Shown here: positions 9,227 to 19,102 of the stretch, in pieces
How positions within the stretch are numbered: position 1 is the stretch's first letter
How the letters are laid out: every line of letters begins with the position of its first letter
NCBI GenBank assembly: GCA_040905465.1
Contig: JBBDRK010000072.1
Span: forward strand, 1-64,000
Direction of reading: 5' to 3'
Source of the DNA: Trueperaceae bacterium
GTDB taxonomy: Bacteria > Deinococcota > Deinococci > Deinococcales > Trueperaceae
DNA length: 64,000 nt
Notes under the pieces: generated by a model
Databases searched by the model: none
The model's input: only the letters and a program-made list of their open reading frames with translations
What the model was told of the DNA's origin: nothing
Translations under genes and position numbers: made by a program

Positions 9227-11848
9227 ATGCCCGCGGGTAAAGACGCAGCCACGGCATACGCTACGGGTCAGGAGCCGGGCCGGCTCGACCAGGCGATCGA
9301 GCTCCTGAGCAGCGATCCCGAGCAGGCGCTTTCGTTGGCCGAGGCCGAGCTGGCCGAAACAGCAGATTCGCGACAGACCGCTCGGGCGCTTCTGGTTATC
9401 GGTTCTGCCGCCTACCGGCTCGAACGGCCACAGGCGGCGGTCGAGCCCCTGAGCGAAGCACACGAACTCTACTTGACTCTCAACGATGAACCGCGCCGGC
9501 TCGAAGCGCTTATGCTTCTGGCGCGCACCGAACACGACCTGGGACGCTACCGAGAAGCGGCGGAGCGTTTCGGCGAGGTCCTGGTCGTCGCGCGGCGGCT
9601 AGGGGACGAGGTTACCGAGGCTGAGGCACTCAACCTGCAGGCCGGAGCGTTCAACTCGCAAGGAGAGTACGTTGCGGCCCTGGAACGCCTGACGGAAGCG
9701 CTCGAGATCGCTCAGAGGCTCGACTCGGCAGAGCGACAGGCGAATTTCTCGAGCAACATCGGGCTGCTGCACCTTCAGTTAGGAGATTACTCGAGAGCGC
9801 TCGAGAGCCTCAAGGCGGCCTACGAACTGATTCGGGTGGCAGCTCCCGGAACGCGGAGCGAGGCAGCCAATCTGATCAGCTTGGGCCGCGTTTACCTGGA
9901 GATGGAGGAACCGTCAAGGGCCCAGGAATTCTTTACTCTGGCCCATGACGTGGGCCAGCAGGCGGGAGACTCGACCGTGGAGGCCGCCTCGCTCAATCAC
10001 CTCGCCAGCATCTGTTGTTCTCATCAGGATTGGCAAGGCGCCGGGCGGCTATACCGGGACGCGTTGGAGGTTGCGAGGCGCATGGGCAACCGGGGCTACG
10101 AAATCGACAATCTCGATGGTCTCGGGCAGGTGCACTCAGCCTTGGGCGAGCACCAGGACGCGGGAGACGCCTACCACGAGGCGTTGACCATCGCGCGCGA
10201 GATCGGAGACCTCGAGGGCGAAACCGACGCCCTCCTGAACCTGGGGCGCGGCAGCATGGCAATGGGTCACTTCGCCGATGCCATAGCTCCGCTGGAGCAG
10301 GGGCTCGAGTTGGCAAAGCGGCTCGAGCGCAGGCGCTCGCGCTTCGAGGCGCACGAGCTGCTGGCCGAAGCATACGAGCACGAAGGCGATCTCGTGAGCG
10401 CGATCAGGCACCACCGTGAGTTCTACCGGGTAGAGAAGGCGGTTTTCAACGAGGAAAGCGAGGACCGCGTTCGCCGCCTTACGGTGCAGTTCGAGCTGGA
10501 ACGTGCCCGCAGTGAGGCGGAGGCTTATCGGGTGCGTACCGAGCTGGCGCAACGGGCACAGGAAGAGGCGGAGGAGAGGGTGCGGGCGCGTACGCTCGAG
10601 CTGGAAGAAGCACAGCTGGAGATCGTCACCCGGCTGGCGATCGCCGCCGAGTACCGCGACGACGAGACCGGTGAGCACACCTGGCGAGTGGGCCGCAACG
10701 CCGCCGCCATCGCCGCCCGCCTCGGGTGGTCAGACGACGAGGTCAAACTCATATCGGTGGCGGCGCGCCTGCACGACGTCGGCAAGATAGGTATCCGCGA
10801 CGCAGTGCTGCTCAAGCCCGGCAAGCTCAGCAGCGACGAGTACGAGCTGATGCGAAGGCATACCATGATCGGCGGACGGATCCTCTCCGGAGGGCATTCG
10901 CGGCTGCTGCGCATGGCGGAAGAGATCTCGTTCGCACACCACGAGCGTTGGGACGGCAAGGGCTACCCACTCGGACTGGTGGCGGAGGAGATTCCGCTGT
11001 CGGCCCGGATTGTCGCGGTCGCGGACGTGCTCGACGCCCTGAGCCATGCACGGCCATACAAGCGCCCATGGCCGGTCGCAGACGCCCTGGCGGAGGTGCG
11101 CCGGTATAGCGGCCACCAGTTCGATCCCAAAGTAGTCGCCGCCTGCATGGATGTATTCAACGTGTCAGGCGGGCTCTCGCCGGTCCAGGAAGCGCCCCGG
11201 CCGGCCGGCGAAGGATCGACCCGGCCGGTGCCGAGCACCATTCCAATGAGGTATCGATTCGAGAAGGTGCTGGCCGAGCGCACCCGGGAGTTGGAACAGG
11301 CACGGCGCGAAGCCGAAACCGCCGCCCGCCGGATGCAGGTGATGGCGTTTTCCGACACCCTTACGGGTCTCGGCAATCGACGGGCGTTCGAGGCGGATCT
11401 CGATGCCGAAGTGGTTCGCGCCTTGCGCCACAGCGACCGTATCGCCGTGCTGACCATCGATCTCGACGACCTGAAGGTGGTGAACGATCGTGAAGGGCAC
11501 GAGCGGGGGGACGATCTGCTGCGCGCCTTTGCCGGAGCGATCCACCTGAAGCTCAAGGAGATGGGCCGCGTCTACCGGGTCGGCGGGGACGAGTTCGCGG
11601 TGATCCTGGTCCACCTGGGGATGCACGATGTGGAGTCCGCCCGCTCCAAGGTGCGCGAGGCCATTGCCGCCTTACGCGAGTCCGGCTTCCCGGGCATGAT
11701 GGCGAGTGCCGGGCTGGCGGTTCTGCCGGAGGAAGCGGGCTCAGTGGCCGACCTTCTGCGACTGAGCGATCAGCGTATGTACCAGGACAAGATGGTGCGC
11801 AAGGCGTCGTCGGGCATGACCGGGCCTTCATCCGGCGGGGCCACCTGA
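9227..11848 (+). CDS. TPR-repeat + HD-GYP + GGDEF signalling protein
   Basis: About 400 aa of N-terminal TPR-like helical repeats, LHDVGKIG and HHERWDGKGYP, DTLTGLGNRR, and RVGGDEF. Confidence 0.92.
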   Translation: MPAGKDAATAYATGQEPGRLDQAIELLSSDPEQALSLAEAELAETADSRQTARALLVIGSAAYRLERPQAAVEPLSEAHELYLTLNDEPRRLEALMLLARTEHDLGRYREAAERFGEVLVVARRLGDEVTEAEALNLQAGAFNSQGEYVAALERLTEALEIAQRLDSAERQANFSSNIGLLHLQLGDYSRALESLKAAYELIRVAAPGTRSEAANLISLGRVYLEMEEPSRAQEFFTLAHDVGQQAGDSTVEAASLNHLASICCSHQDWQGAGRLYRDALEVARRMGNRGYEIDNLDGLGQVHSALGEHQDAGDAYHEALTIAREIGDLEGETDALLNLGRGSMAMGHFADAIAPLEQGLELAKRLERRRSRFEAHELLAEAYEHEGDLVSAIRHHREFYRVEKAVFNEESEDRVRRLTVQFELERARSEAEAYRVRTELAQRAQEEAEERVRARTLELEEAQLEIVTRLAIAAEYRDDETGEHTWRVGRNAAAIAARLGWSDDEVKLISVAARLHDVGKIGIRDAVLLKPGKLSSDEYELMRRHTMIGGRILSGGHSRLLRMAEEISFAHHERWDGKGYPLGLVAEEIPLSARIVAVADVLDALSHARPYKRPWPVADALAEVRRYSGHQFDPKVVAACMDVFNVSGGLSPVQEAPRPAGEGSTRPVPSTIPMRYRFEKVLAERTRELEQARREAETAARRMQVMAFSDTLTGLGNRRAFEADLDAEVVRALRHSDRIAVLTIDLDDLKVVNDREGHERGDDLLRAFAGAIHLKLKEMGRVYRVGGDEFAVILVHLGMHDVESARSKVREAIAALRESGFPGMMASAGLAVLPEEAGSVADLLRLSDQRMYQDKMVRKASSGMTGPSSGGAT

Positions 11849-12048
11849 CCATCTCGTTCTGGGCGTGCTCGAGCAACCGCCGACCAGCATCCCGGACATC
11901 GACGCCGATCCGGACTTAAGGGACCGGTAAGGGTCGATAGGGCATTCTGTATTAGAGTTTAAACATCGACGATCGACGAACTGTCGTTACGTTGCTGATT
12001 ATCCAAGTTATACTTCAAAGCTCATCAGCCGCGAAGGAGCCCCCATCC

Positions 12049-13455
12049 ATGAGTCGCCTCGGACTTGATAACCGATACGGAAATCGCCTGCGTAGCTTCC
12101 TGCTCGCCGCTTCGTTTCTTGGGCTCGCCGCCTGTGGCGGCGTTACCGACGGTGGTCCGGGCGGTGGCGGAAACGGCGATGGAGAGCTGCCAGACGAACC
12201 GTTCATCGCGGACGTCCAGAGCCCCAATTTCGTTCTCGCAGTCGAACTCGAGAGCGGGGATACCGTCGAGGGCGTCGAGGAGCGCTATGGCGGTGACGTC
12301 ATCGTCTGGGAGTCCGACGATTACGCGCTTCTGGGCCTGGAGTCGGAACCGGTAAAGGGCGACTTAGCTTTTGAGCTGATCTGGGAGCGTAACAGCAAGG
12401 AGTTCGTTGCCGGCGGAACAATCGCTTTCAGCGGCAGCTCTACGGTGTGGGCAGGCGGCGCCTCGACCGTCTGGGCCGGCGGTGCCTCGACTGTTTGGGC
12501 CGGCGGTGCATCTACCGTGTGGGCAGGCGGCGAGTATCAGTGGGTACCGGAAAACGACCCGGTCTGGGCACAAATTGAGTTGGAGCCGGCGCACACGATA
12601 GCGCCGAACCTCGGAAACGGCGTCACGGTGGCGGTAATCGACACCGGCCTCGACCTGGAGCATCCGGCTCTTAAACAAGCGCTGTCGCCGAGCGGGCAAT
12701 GGTGGGACTTCGTCGACAATGACGCACTGCCTCAGGATATTGGCGACTTCGGCGAAGGTGGCTATGGGCACGGGACGAACGTAGCCGGGATAGTTCGGCA
12801 GATCGCTCCGCGGGCCGTCATTCTCCCCATTCGAGTGCTTGGTTCAGACGGGCAAGGCAATGTGGCTGACCTGGCGGCTGCCATTGACTGGGCGGTAACG
12901 ATGGGCGCGGACGTCATTAACCTCAGTCTGGGAGCCGACAAGCGCCTCAGGACGGTCGACAAGGCGCTCAAGCGAGCCGCCGGAGAAGGCGTTTTCATCA
13001 CTAGCTCCGCCGGTAACGACAACATCGAAGAGCTCAGTTACCCGGCACGTGAAAGTGACCAGGGCCGGCCTGAACAGCGCGAACATATGATCAGCGTCAG
13101 TAGCGTCAGCAGCGGCGACGCCAAGTCGGAGTTCGCGAACTTCGGCAAGAAACTCGAGCTCTCCGCGCCCGGGGAGAACGTCTACGGGCCCGCCCCGACT
13201 CAGGGGGGCGAACCAATGTTGGCATCGTGGTCGGGCACCTCCATGGCTGCCCCAATGGCCGCTGGCGCCATCGCGCTGGCACTAGGCGAGCCAATTAGCG
13301 TAGATCGCCAACATTTGGCTGAATACCTGAAGACATCGTCTTTGGACATTTACGGCATCGAAGAGAATACGAAGTACAAACACGAGGAGCTTGGCGAGGG
13401 TCGCCTCGATGTCCATCAGTTCCTTCTCGATGTTTTGGGTGGCGGGGACAGGTAA
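12049..13455 (+). CDS. S8 subtilase lipoprotein with (GASTVWAG)x4 repeat; paralog of 7838-9217
   Basis: SD aaggag then ATG 12049, lipobox LAAC, triad IDTG / HGTNVAG / GTSMAAP, and AGN oxyanion. Confidence 0.92.
   Translation: MSRLGLDNRYGNRLRSFLLAASFLGLAACGGVTDGGPGGGGNGDGELPDEPFIADVQSPNFVLAVELESGDTVEGVEERYGGDVIVWESDDYALLGLESEPVKGDLAFELIWERNSKEFVAGGTIAFSGSSTVWAGGASTVWAGGASTVWAGGASTVWAGGEYQWVPENDPVWAQIELEPAHTIAPNLGNGVTVAVIDTGLDLEHPALKQALSPSGQWWDFVDNDALPQDIGDFGEGGYGHGTNVAGIVRQIAPRAVILPIRVLGSDGQGNVADLAAAIDWAVTMGADVINLSLGADKRLRTVDKALKRAAGEGVFITSSAGNDNIEELSYPARESDQGRPEQREHMISVSSVSSGDAKSEFANFGKKLELSAPGENVYGPAPTQGGEPMLASWSGTSMAAPMAAGAIALALGEPISVDRQHLAEYLKTSSLDIYGIEENTKYKHEELGEGRLDVHQFLLDVLGGGDR
12433..12528 (+). 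repeat. 4 x 24-bp coding tandem repeat (G[S/A]STVWAG)
   Basis: Units at 12433, 12457, 12481 and 12505 show many synonymous differences and one S/A difference. Confidence 0.95.
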
Positions 13456-13464
13456 ACTTAGCCG

Positions 13465-15495
13465 ATGCCCCGGCGCGACGAGACCGTCCAGGCGGCCTAT
13501 CCTTCAATAGACTCCGCGGCGGACGAATTGGCGGATGCCGTTACTCTGCTGCATTCGGACCCAGTCGAAGCGGTCCGCGTAGCCAGGCGTATCGTGGAGT
13601 CGACCGACGATGCAGGCGTTCAAGCACGTGCCCTACAGCTCATTGGCGAGTCGGAGTACTCCGGCGGGCGTGCTAAAGAGGCGCTCGAACCCCTCAGTCG
13701 CTCCCGAACGCTATTCGCAAGCACGGGTCCCTCGGAGTCTTTCTTTACCACTCTCCTGTTGCTGGCGAGAGTAGAGCGCGAGATGGCTCTGCTCGATGAA
13801 GCGGCCGGACACGCCGCTGAAGCTCTTGAAATGGCTCGGAGTCTTGGTGATAGAAGGGCCGAGTGTGAGGCCCTGAATATCTATGCGGGCGTCGTCAGTT
13901 CGCAGGGGAAACACGTCGATGCAATCGAGTGCCTCGAGGCGGCGCTTTCAATAGCAAAGCAGTTGGGCATCGGCGAACAGGAAGCGCACATTCTCAGCAA
14001 CCTGGGAAACCTTCGTAGGCAGGTCGGCGATTACCCGACCGCCCTCGTGCACCTGAAGGCAGCGGATGAACTGCTACGCGCACGGGCACCCGGTACACGG
14101 TCCGAAGCAGTAAATCTAATCAATCTGGGCCACTTGTACCGGGAGATGGACAACTATCCGGCAGCCGGCGAGTTTTTCTCGCGAGCCAGGGAAGTCGGCA
14201 GACTTGCCAAGGACTCCATTCTGGAGGCTGCATCGCTGAATTCGCTGGCAAACGTCCTCGGGCGGTCGGAAGACTGGACGGGAGCCGGAGAGTTATACCA
14301 GGAGGCGTTGGAGGTTTCTCGGCGCGACGGTCTGCGCCAGTACGAGATCGATAACCTCGATGGCCTCGGCCAGGTGTACGCGGCGCTGGGGGATTACGAG
14401 AAGGCACGGCACGCCCATGACCGGGCGCTGGATATCGCTCGCAAGTCCGGCGAGCGCGAGGGTGAAATCGATGCACTGCTGAACCTCGGTCGTGATTACC
14501 TGGCACTCGACCGGGCGGAAGAGGCGGTGTCCGCGCTGCGTGAGAGCCTGAAGCTCGCCGAAGCGCAGGGCCGTAAGAGGTCACTGTTCGAGGCTCACCA
14601 ATTGCTCGCGGAGACTTATGCCAAGCAGGGTCGGTTTGAAGCAGCTTTCCGCCACCACCAAGAGTTCTACCTTGCCGAGAAGGTCGTCTTCAATCAGGAG
14701 AACGAAGATCGCGTCCGACGCCTTACCGTACAGTTCGATCTGGAACGTGCGCGGCACGAAGCCGAAACTTATCGTGTGCGAACAGAGGTGGAGCAGCAGG
14801 CGCGCGAACGGGCCGAGGCGATGGTGCGAGAACGGACGCGCGAGCTGGAAGAGGCGCAGCAGGAGATCGTTGCGCGGTTGGCTATCGCCGGTGAGTATCG
14901 CGACGACGGGACCGGCGAGCACACCCGCCGGGTCGGGCGCAACGCCGCCGCCATCGCTCGCGCTTTCGACTGGCCGCAAGACGAAGCGGACCTACTTTTC
15001 TCGGCTGCCCGCTTGCACGATGTCGGCAAGATCGGCATCCGGGACTCCGTGCTTCTCAAGCCAGGCAAGCTCAGTGACGAAGAGTTCGAGCTAATGCGCG
15101 GGCATTCGACGATCGGCGGACGCATTCTGTCGGGAGGTCACTCACGCTTGTTGCGGATGGCCGAGGAGATCGCCTTTGCCCACCACGAACGGTGGGACGG
15201 AAAGGGCTATCCGAACGGACTCAAGGGCGAAGAGATTCCGATGTCGGCCCGAATTGTCGCAGTGTCCGACGTCCTGGACGCACTCACGCACGAGCGCCCT
15301 TACAAGGACGCCTGGTCGGTGTCAGATGCACTGGCGGAGATCGAGGCGCACAGCGGAACGCAGTTCGACCCGCGGGTAGTCGCCGCTTGCCTCGACGTGT
15401 TCAATGACCGGGGTGGGATTTCGCCCACCCAGAACGTTCCGGCTACGACTGTCGAACCCGAGCCGGGCCAGGTGGATGGGGCGCTAGAGCGCTAG
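13465..15495 (+). CDS. TPR-repeat + HD-GYP phosphodiesterase; paralog of 9227-11848 lacking GGDEF
   Basis: TPR-like repeats collinear with the first copy, plus LHDVGKIG and HHERWDGKGYP. Confidence 0.92.
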   Translation: MPRRDETVQAAYPSIDSAADELADAVTLLHSDPVEAVRVARRIVESTDDAGVQARALQLIGESEYSGGRAKEALEPLSRSRTLFASTGPSESFFTTLLLLARVEREMALLDEAAGHAAEALEMARSLGDRRAECEALNIYAGVVSSQGKHVDAIECLEAALSIAKQLGIGEQEAHILSNLGNLRRQVGDYPTALVHLKAADELLRARAPGTRSEAVNLINLGHLYREMDNYPAAGEFFSRAREVGRLAKDSILEAASLNSLANVLGRSEDWTGAGELYQEALEVSRRDGLRQYEIDNLDGLGQVYAALGDYEKARHAHDRALDIARKSGEREGEIDALLNLGRDYLALDRAEEAVSALRESLKLAEAQGRKRSLFEAHQLLAETYAKQGRFEAAFRHHQEFYLAEKVVFNQENEDRVRRLTVQFDLERARHEAETYRVRTEVEQQARERAEAMVRERTRELEEAQQEIVARLAIAGEYRDDGTGEHTRRVGRNAAAIARAFDWPQDEADLLFSAARLHDVGKIGIRDSVLLKPGKLSDEEFELMRGHSTIGGRILSGGHSRLLRMAEEIAFAHHERWDGKGYPNGLKGEEIPMSARIVAVSDVLDALTHERPYKDAWSVSDALAEIEAHSGTQFDPRVVAACLDVFNDRGGISPTQNVPATTVEPEPGQVDGALER

Positions 15496-15572
15496 GCACC
15501 TTCGAACGTTCGTCAACACCACCTGCAGCATCGATGTCTCCAGGGCACCGATTTTTTACGCATGCGCATGGC

Positions 15573-17060
15573 TCAATAGTCATCGCGGTAGCTCACCGCT
15601 TCCGCCAGGTGCTCCTCACAAATTCGTCTGCTGCCAGATAGATCGGCTATCGTTCGCGCCACCCGAAGGAGCCGATCGAAGCCCCTGCCTGACATCGAAA
15701 GCCTGCCGATCACGTGCCTTGCGAACGACTCGCAAGACGCGTCCAAAGAGCAGTAACGGCGGAGAGCCGCTGCCGTGAGTCGCGCGTTGGTACTGCCCTG
15801 GCGCTCCAGGGCGGTTTGCCGTGATCGAACCACACGCGCACGAATCGCCGCGCTCGACGGGCCACCAGGCGAGCGCAGAACGTCCTCCGGCGGAACGCGC
15901 GGTACGGTGATGCGCAGGTCGATCCTGTCGAGCAGCGGGCCTGAAATTCGGTCACGGTACCTTCGAAGCAGTGCCGGGGAACAGATACAGACGTGTGCGG
16001 GATCTCCGCTGTAGCCGCACAGACATGGGTTGCGGCTGGCGATCAGCAGAAAGCGAGCAGGGAATGTGAGACTGCCACGCGCCCGGCTTATGGTGACGAC
16101 GCCATCCTCGAGGGGCTGACGCAGCGCTTCCAGGGCGGTGCGATTGAACTCGCTGAACTCGTCGAGGTGCAAGACGCCGTTGTGAGCCAGGCTCACCTCT
16201 CCCGGGCGCGGCGATCCGCCCCCGCCGATGAGTCCGGCGTAGGAGATGGTGTGGTGCGGCTGTCGGAATGGGGGCCGCACGGACAGGCCCCGGGCAGGCA
16301 GTCCGGTGGCGGATAGAACGCGGGAAGCCTCGACCGCCTCACCGGTCAGCAGGTCGGGCATGATCCCTGGCAGGCGCGTCGCTAGCATCGTCTTGCCGGC
16401 ACCCGGCGGCCCGGTCATGAGCAGGTTGTGGCCGCCGGCGGCGGCGACTTCGAGTGCGCGCTTCGCACCTGCCTGACCCTTAACCTCTGCAAAATCCGGG
16501 CCGGGAGGCCCCCGTACAGGCGGCGGCGGTTCGACCGGTGCGAGTGCAATGACGCCACGCAGAAATCGCACCGATTCGGCCAGCGAGCGAGGCGCTACCA
16601 CGTCGATGCCGGCCACCGACGCTACTTCCGGAGCGTTCCCAGGCGGGACGATCACGCGCCTTGCGCCAGCGGCCTGCGCCAGCAGCCCGATACTCACCGC
16701 TCCGCGCACAGGACGCAGCTCGCCATCCAGCGCGAGCTCCCCCACGCAGATCGTGCTCGTCAACGAATCCGGCGGCAGTGCTCTCTGAGCCAACAGCAGC
16801 GCCAAGGCGATGGGCAGGTCGAACGCCGGCCCCTCCTTGCGCACGTCCGCCGGGGCCAGGTTGATTACCACCCTCCGCATCGGGAATGGGAGTTCCGCGT
16901 TCTGGAGTGCCGCCCGCACGCGCTCTCGCGACTCCTGAACGGCCGCTCCAGGCAGCCCGACGATGAGAAGGTGGGGTAAGCCGTTGGCGATGTCTGCCTC
17001 CACTCGCACTTCGAAAGCCTCGATGCCGAGAAGGGCAGCCGACGTTGCTTGCGCGAGCAT
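15573..17060 (-). CDS. comM: YifB/ComM family Mg-chelatase-like AAA+ ATPase
   Basis: VQESRERVR, NLAPADVRKEG, GPPGAGKT, PGEVSLAHNGVL.LDE, and ISGPLLDRID. Confidence 0.9.
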   Translation of the reverse strand: MLAQATSAALLGIEAFEVRVEADIANGLPHLLIVGLPGAAVQESRERVRAALQNAELPFPMRRVVINLAPADVRKEGPAFDLPIALALLLAQRALPPDSLTSTICVGELALDGELRPVRGAVSIGLLAQAAGARRVIVPPGNAPEVASVAGIDVVAPRSLAESVRFLRGVIALAPVEPPPPVRGPPGPDFAEVKGQAGAKRALEVAAAGGHNLLMTGPPGAGKTMLATRLPGIMPDLLTGEAVEASRVLSATGLPARGLSVRPPFRQPHHTISYAGLIGGGGSPRPGEVSLAHNGVLHLDEFSEFNRTALEALRQPLEDGVVTISRARGSLTFPARFLLIASRNPCLCGYSGDPAHVCICSPALLRRYRDRISGPLLDRIDLRITVPRVPPEDVLRSPGGPSSAAIRARVVRSRQTALERQGSTNARLTAAALRRYCSLDASCESFARHVIGRLSMSGRGFDRLLRVARTIADLSGSRRICEEHLAEAVSYRDDY

Positions 17061-17273
17061 GACCGATGGTATTGCCAAAGTGCCTGGCCCGGTTGCCTGA
17101 GCTCGGCCCAGGCCAATTATTACCCGGCCTCGGACGGCGTCACATTTGGTATTGTTGGATACGGCGCAAATACTTTCGACCGATATTGCGTACCCGGACC
17201 ATTGCCGAAGCGTCCGGGGGGTGACCGACGGCAGCGGAGTTACCGAGCAAGAACGTCGTAACTGGAGGAAGAG

Positions 17274-18044
17274 ATGAAAAAGTTCAAGAACGCTGTCGTA
17301 CTGGTACTGCTCGCTGGGTTGCTGACCTCGTGTGGTGCACTCATCGGCCAGCTCATCGGAGCGCAGCCGGCCGAGAATGCCTTGGGCCTCGATGCCGTCG
17401 AAGTGGCTGCTGCCAAGCAGTCCGAGGAACCGACCTTCGAGTCGGCCGGCCTGACTACTCAGGCGGTCCGCGAGTACTTCGTCGGAAGCCTCGCGGACAC
17501 GTTCGAGGACGTCGACTGGGAAGCCATTCAGGCAGAATCCCCGGTCGCCCTCCCGGCACCGAAGAGCTACAGCGAGGTGATCGGGATCAGCGGGAGCGCC
17601 ACGGTGGCAGCTACCGGTAGCTCGAGCGACCTGCCCGCCGTGCTCACGCTTGTTGCATTCTGGGCGGAAATCGCGGTCACTGACGCAGACGGAACACCCA
17701 CCTTCGAAAAGTTGTTCGGCAAGGAAGAAGGCGTCTCGGTTCAGTTCGACAAGGGAGAGTGCTCGGAGACCGCTGGTAGCGTTTCCTGTGCCTACACCAC
17801 CGACGCCGCGGCGAGCGAGCTCAGCAGCCTGATCGATCTCTCGGTGGGCGGCAGCGACTTCTCGACACTGTGGAACGACATCCTTACGAACGACGATCCC
17901 GCGGACCAGAGCGATGTCGCCGACCAGAACGCGATCAGCGGCACGGTCTTTCTCTATGTCGAAGCGGCCGCCCCGACACCGGCCGACACCTCGATCACGG
18001 TTAGCCTCGACACTTCCAACGGGACGATCAACTTCGCCAACTAG
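17274..18044 (+). CDS. Acidic hypothetical lipoprotein
   Basis: SD ggagg, MKKFK signal with lipobox LTSC, and consistent codon usage. Confidence 0.8.
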   Translation: MKKFKNAVVLVLLAGLLTSCGALIGQLIGAQPAENALGLDAVEVAAAKQSEEPTFESAGLTTQAVREYFVGSLADTFEDVDWEAIQAESPVALPAPKSYSEVIGISGSATVAATGSSSDLPAVLTLVAFWAEIAVTDADGTPTFEKLFGKEEGVSVQFDKGECSETAGSVSCAYTTDAAASELSSLIDLSVGGSDFSTLWNDILTNDDPADQSDVADQNAISGTVFLYVEAAAPTPADTSITVSLDTSNGTINFAN

Positions 18045-18122
18045 GCACGGTTGAGACAGGGCTTGGAGCCCGTGCTACGGGGTGGATCGGTGGAGCAAAC
18101 CGGTTCGCCCCTCGCCTTTTGA

Positions 18123-18977
18123 CTAAGCCGGCTCGACGTGCATGTAGAGCCCGTACGTGCCGGGACCGACGTGCGACGCCACGACCGCGCCGATTTCGTA
18201 CACTTCCCCGCCGTGGTAATCGATACCGGCTCCATCGATGGCGCCGCGCACCTGCTCCGCCGCGGCCGGATCCTGAACGTGCAGGAAGTTCAGCACGAGC
18301 GTGCCCGGAAAGCGCTGGTGATGCTTCTGCACCTGCGAAACGAGCTCCGCCAGCGCCTTCTTGTTCCCCCTGGCCCGGCCCAGCGGAATGATCTTGCCGT
18401 TCTCGAGCGACAGGATCGGCTTGATGTTCAGCAGGCTGCCCAGCAGAGCAGAAGCCCTGCCGATTCGCCCGCCTTTCTGCAGGAAGTCGAGCGTGGCGAC
18501 CGTGAACATCGGAAGGTTACTGTCGCGAATCCCTTCCAGTGCGCTCACGATATCCTCCGCTCCGGCGCCGGAGTCGCGCAGGGCGGCTGCCTTCTTGACC
18601 ATCTCGCCGAGGCCGATGCTGGCCGCCCGGCTGTCGAACAGAGTGACAGGGACGCCGGCCGAGTCCTTGGCGATATTGGCCGATTGATAGGTCCCGGAAA
18701 GCTCTGCACTGATGGTAATACAAACGATCGCTTCTGCGCCCGCGCTGACCGCTTTCTCGAAGGCCGCCTCGAAGTCCTGGGGACTCGGTTGACTGGTGGT
18801 CGGCAGATCGGCACCGGCCTGAACTCCTTCGATGATCTCCTTGGGACTTATCTCGAGCCAGTCACGGTAGGTCTCACCGCGAAAGCTTACGTAGAGCGGC
18901 ACCCGCTGGACGTCGAGTCGTTGCAGTTCGTCCGCGGTAAGGTCACAGGTGGAGTCAGTAATGATGGCAAGTTTCAT
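18123..18977 (-). CDS. DegV family fatty-acid-binding protein
   Basis: MKLAIITDSTCDL, TTSQPS, SAELSGTYQSA, L.KGGRIG, and HVGPG. SD aaggag. Confidence 0.93.
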   Translation of the reverse strand: MKLAIITDSTCDLTADELQRLDVQRVPLYVSFRGETYRDWLEISPKEIIEGVQAGADLPTTSQPSPQDFEAAFEKAVSAGAEAIVCITISAELSGTYQSANIAKDSAGVPVTLFDSRAASIGLGEMVKKAAALRDSGAGAEDIVSALEGIRDSNLPMFTVATLDFLQKGGRIGRASALLGSLLNIKPILSLENGKIIPLGRARGNKKALAELVSQVQKHHQRFPGTLVLNFLHVQDPAAAEQVRGAIDGAGIDYHGGEVYEIGAVVASHVGPGTYGLYMHVEPA

Positions 18978-19102
18978 GTTTCTCCTTCCGTTCCCCCGTC
19001 GCCGGCGGCGAGCGGAGCGGCAATGACGCTGCGTGATATCCGTATGAGTATACGGGACGGACGCACCTGCCAATCTTGCGCCCGGTTTCGAAAGGATTGA
19101 AG

